From contig OX597830.1 of assembly GCA_951406725.2 (NCBI GenBank), positions 22,320,001 through 22,384,000 of the forward strand: 64,000 nt of DNA. Direction: 5' to 3'. Under the pieces are notes generated by a model that saw only the letters and a program-made list of their open reading frames with translations, was not told the origin of the DNA and ran no database searches. Shown one piece after another: positions 63,100 to 64,000 of this stretch; position 1 is the first letter of the stretch; the number at the start of each line of letters is the position of its first letter. Origin of the DNA: Octopus vulgaris. Taxonomy: Eukaryota. Position numbers and translations under genes: made by a program.

Positions 63100-64000
63100 T
63101 CATTTAAAATATTTTAGAGTCTTCAGTTTAGCGTGGACACAAACTTGACCCAATTCGATATGGTTATTTAACAAGCCTTAATATTTTCTATGCCTTAGAA
63201 TTTCATACGTCTCCATGGAGCAGAGTTGGCAACCAACCCTGTTATTTTTATACGGCATTGCTCTCCTAACTATTTCCCAATTAAGGTTGTAATTCCTGTT
63301 TTTATTTTTGAGTTCCCAGATCTTATTTGAAAGTGTGGTGGTACCAGCTTTATGACGTAATTTAAAAGATGAGACGTGATTTCTAACTCTTTTTTTAAAA
63401 TTTATTGTACAACCAATGTAAAAAAAATTGTTATTCTCAGTAGATATGGTACATTTATAGATTACGTTATTTTCCCCGCATAGACCAGGTGCCGGGCATT
63501 TTGACTTAATTCTACACTTACACACAGGAGTAGCAACTTCAGCAGTTGGATTATTCATGGGTAGATGTCTTATGTTCCTGTTATTTTGATTATCATGAGT
63601 ATAATTATCTTTATTATTATTATTATTTTTATAGTTGGTGCCGTTATCTAAAGCATTGTTATTATTTACTGATCTTTTTGCTCCATCTTTCAGGTCTAAA
63701 GTCCTACCATGATTATTTACATTATTGGTATTGTTACTATTATTGCTAGTATTTTTATCTGACTGTATAATGTTGTTATAGATATCACTGATATTTTCAT
63801 TCTCTGTATTTTCCCTATTAGCCTTACTTCTATTATTAACATTATTACTTCTATTAATATCGATATTACTATTACTATTACTCTTATTAATGTTAATATT
63901 ATTATTAGTCATTCTGTGGTTACAGATTTCACCCATGTTTTGATAGTTACTATTGTTGGTAGTATTATAATAATAATTGTTATTGGTATTCATGTTGGTA
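63100..64000 (-). mobile_element. Second Penelope-like family: Asn-rich linker + GIY-YIG endonuclease (continues beyond window)
   Basis: CKCRIKSKCPAPGLC, NVIYKC..YIGCT.NFKKRVRNH.SSF, TLSNKIWELK, CQLCSME, *GLLN..EL...CVH. Confidence 0.85.

Overview
Eukaryotic, repeat-rich DNA, most likely an octopus/coleoid cephalopod (inferred from the SINE/RTE repeat families, not verified). Bases 1-23.3 kb hold a spliced + strand gene of about 10 exons. I assembled it by hand with consistent splice phases, and it resembles TEDC2/C16orf59. Its introns carry tRNA-SINEs, RTE 3' tails, mariner, pogo, piggyBac-type and Helitron elements in mixed orientation. From about 25.6 kb to the window end the sequence is an almost gap-free mosaic of transposon pieces: Gypsy, RTE, CR1-group, Tx1/L1, Penelope (Naiad-like), Helitron, mariner, solo and non-autonomous LTRs. 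All 18 orientable pieces lie on the - strand, i.e. antisense to the upstream gene, which is the architecture of a flamenco-like uni-strand piRNA cluster (top hypothesis, needs small-RNA data). Other notable items: a minimal type I hammerhead ribozyme, monomer arrays at RTE 5' ends, a PHD+CCCH ORF1, a possible Helitron-borne exon, and clustered G>A changes in a Penelope RT motif. Coordinates were counted by eye; repeat boundaries are approximate.
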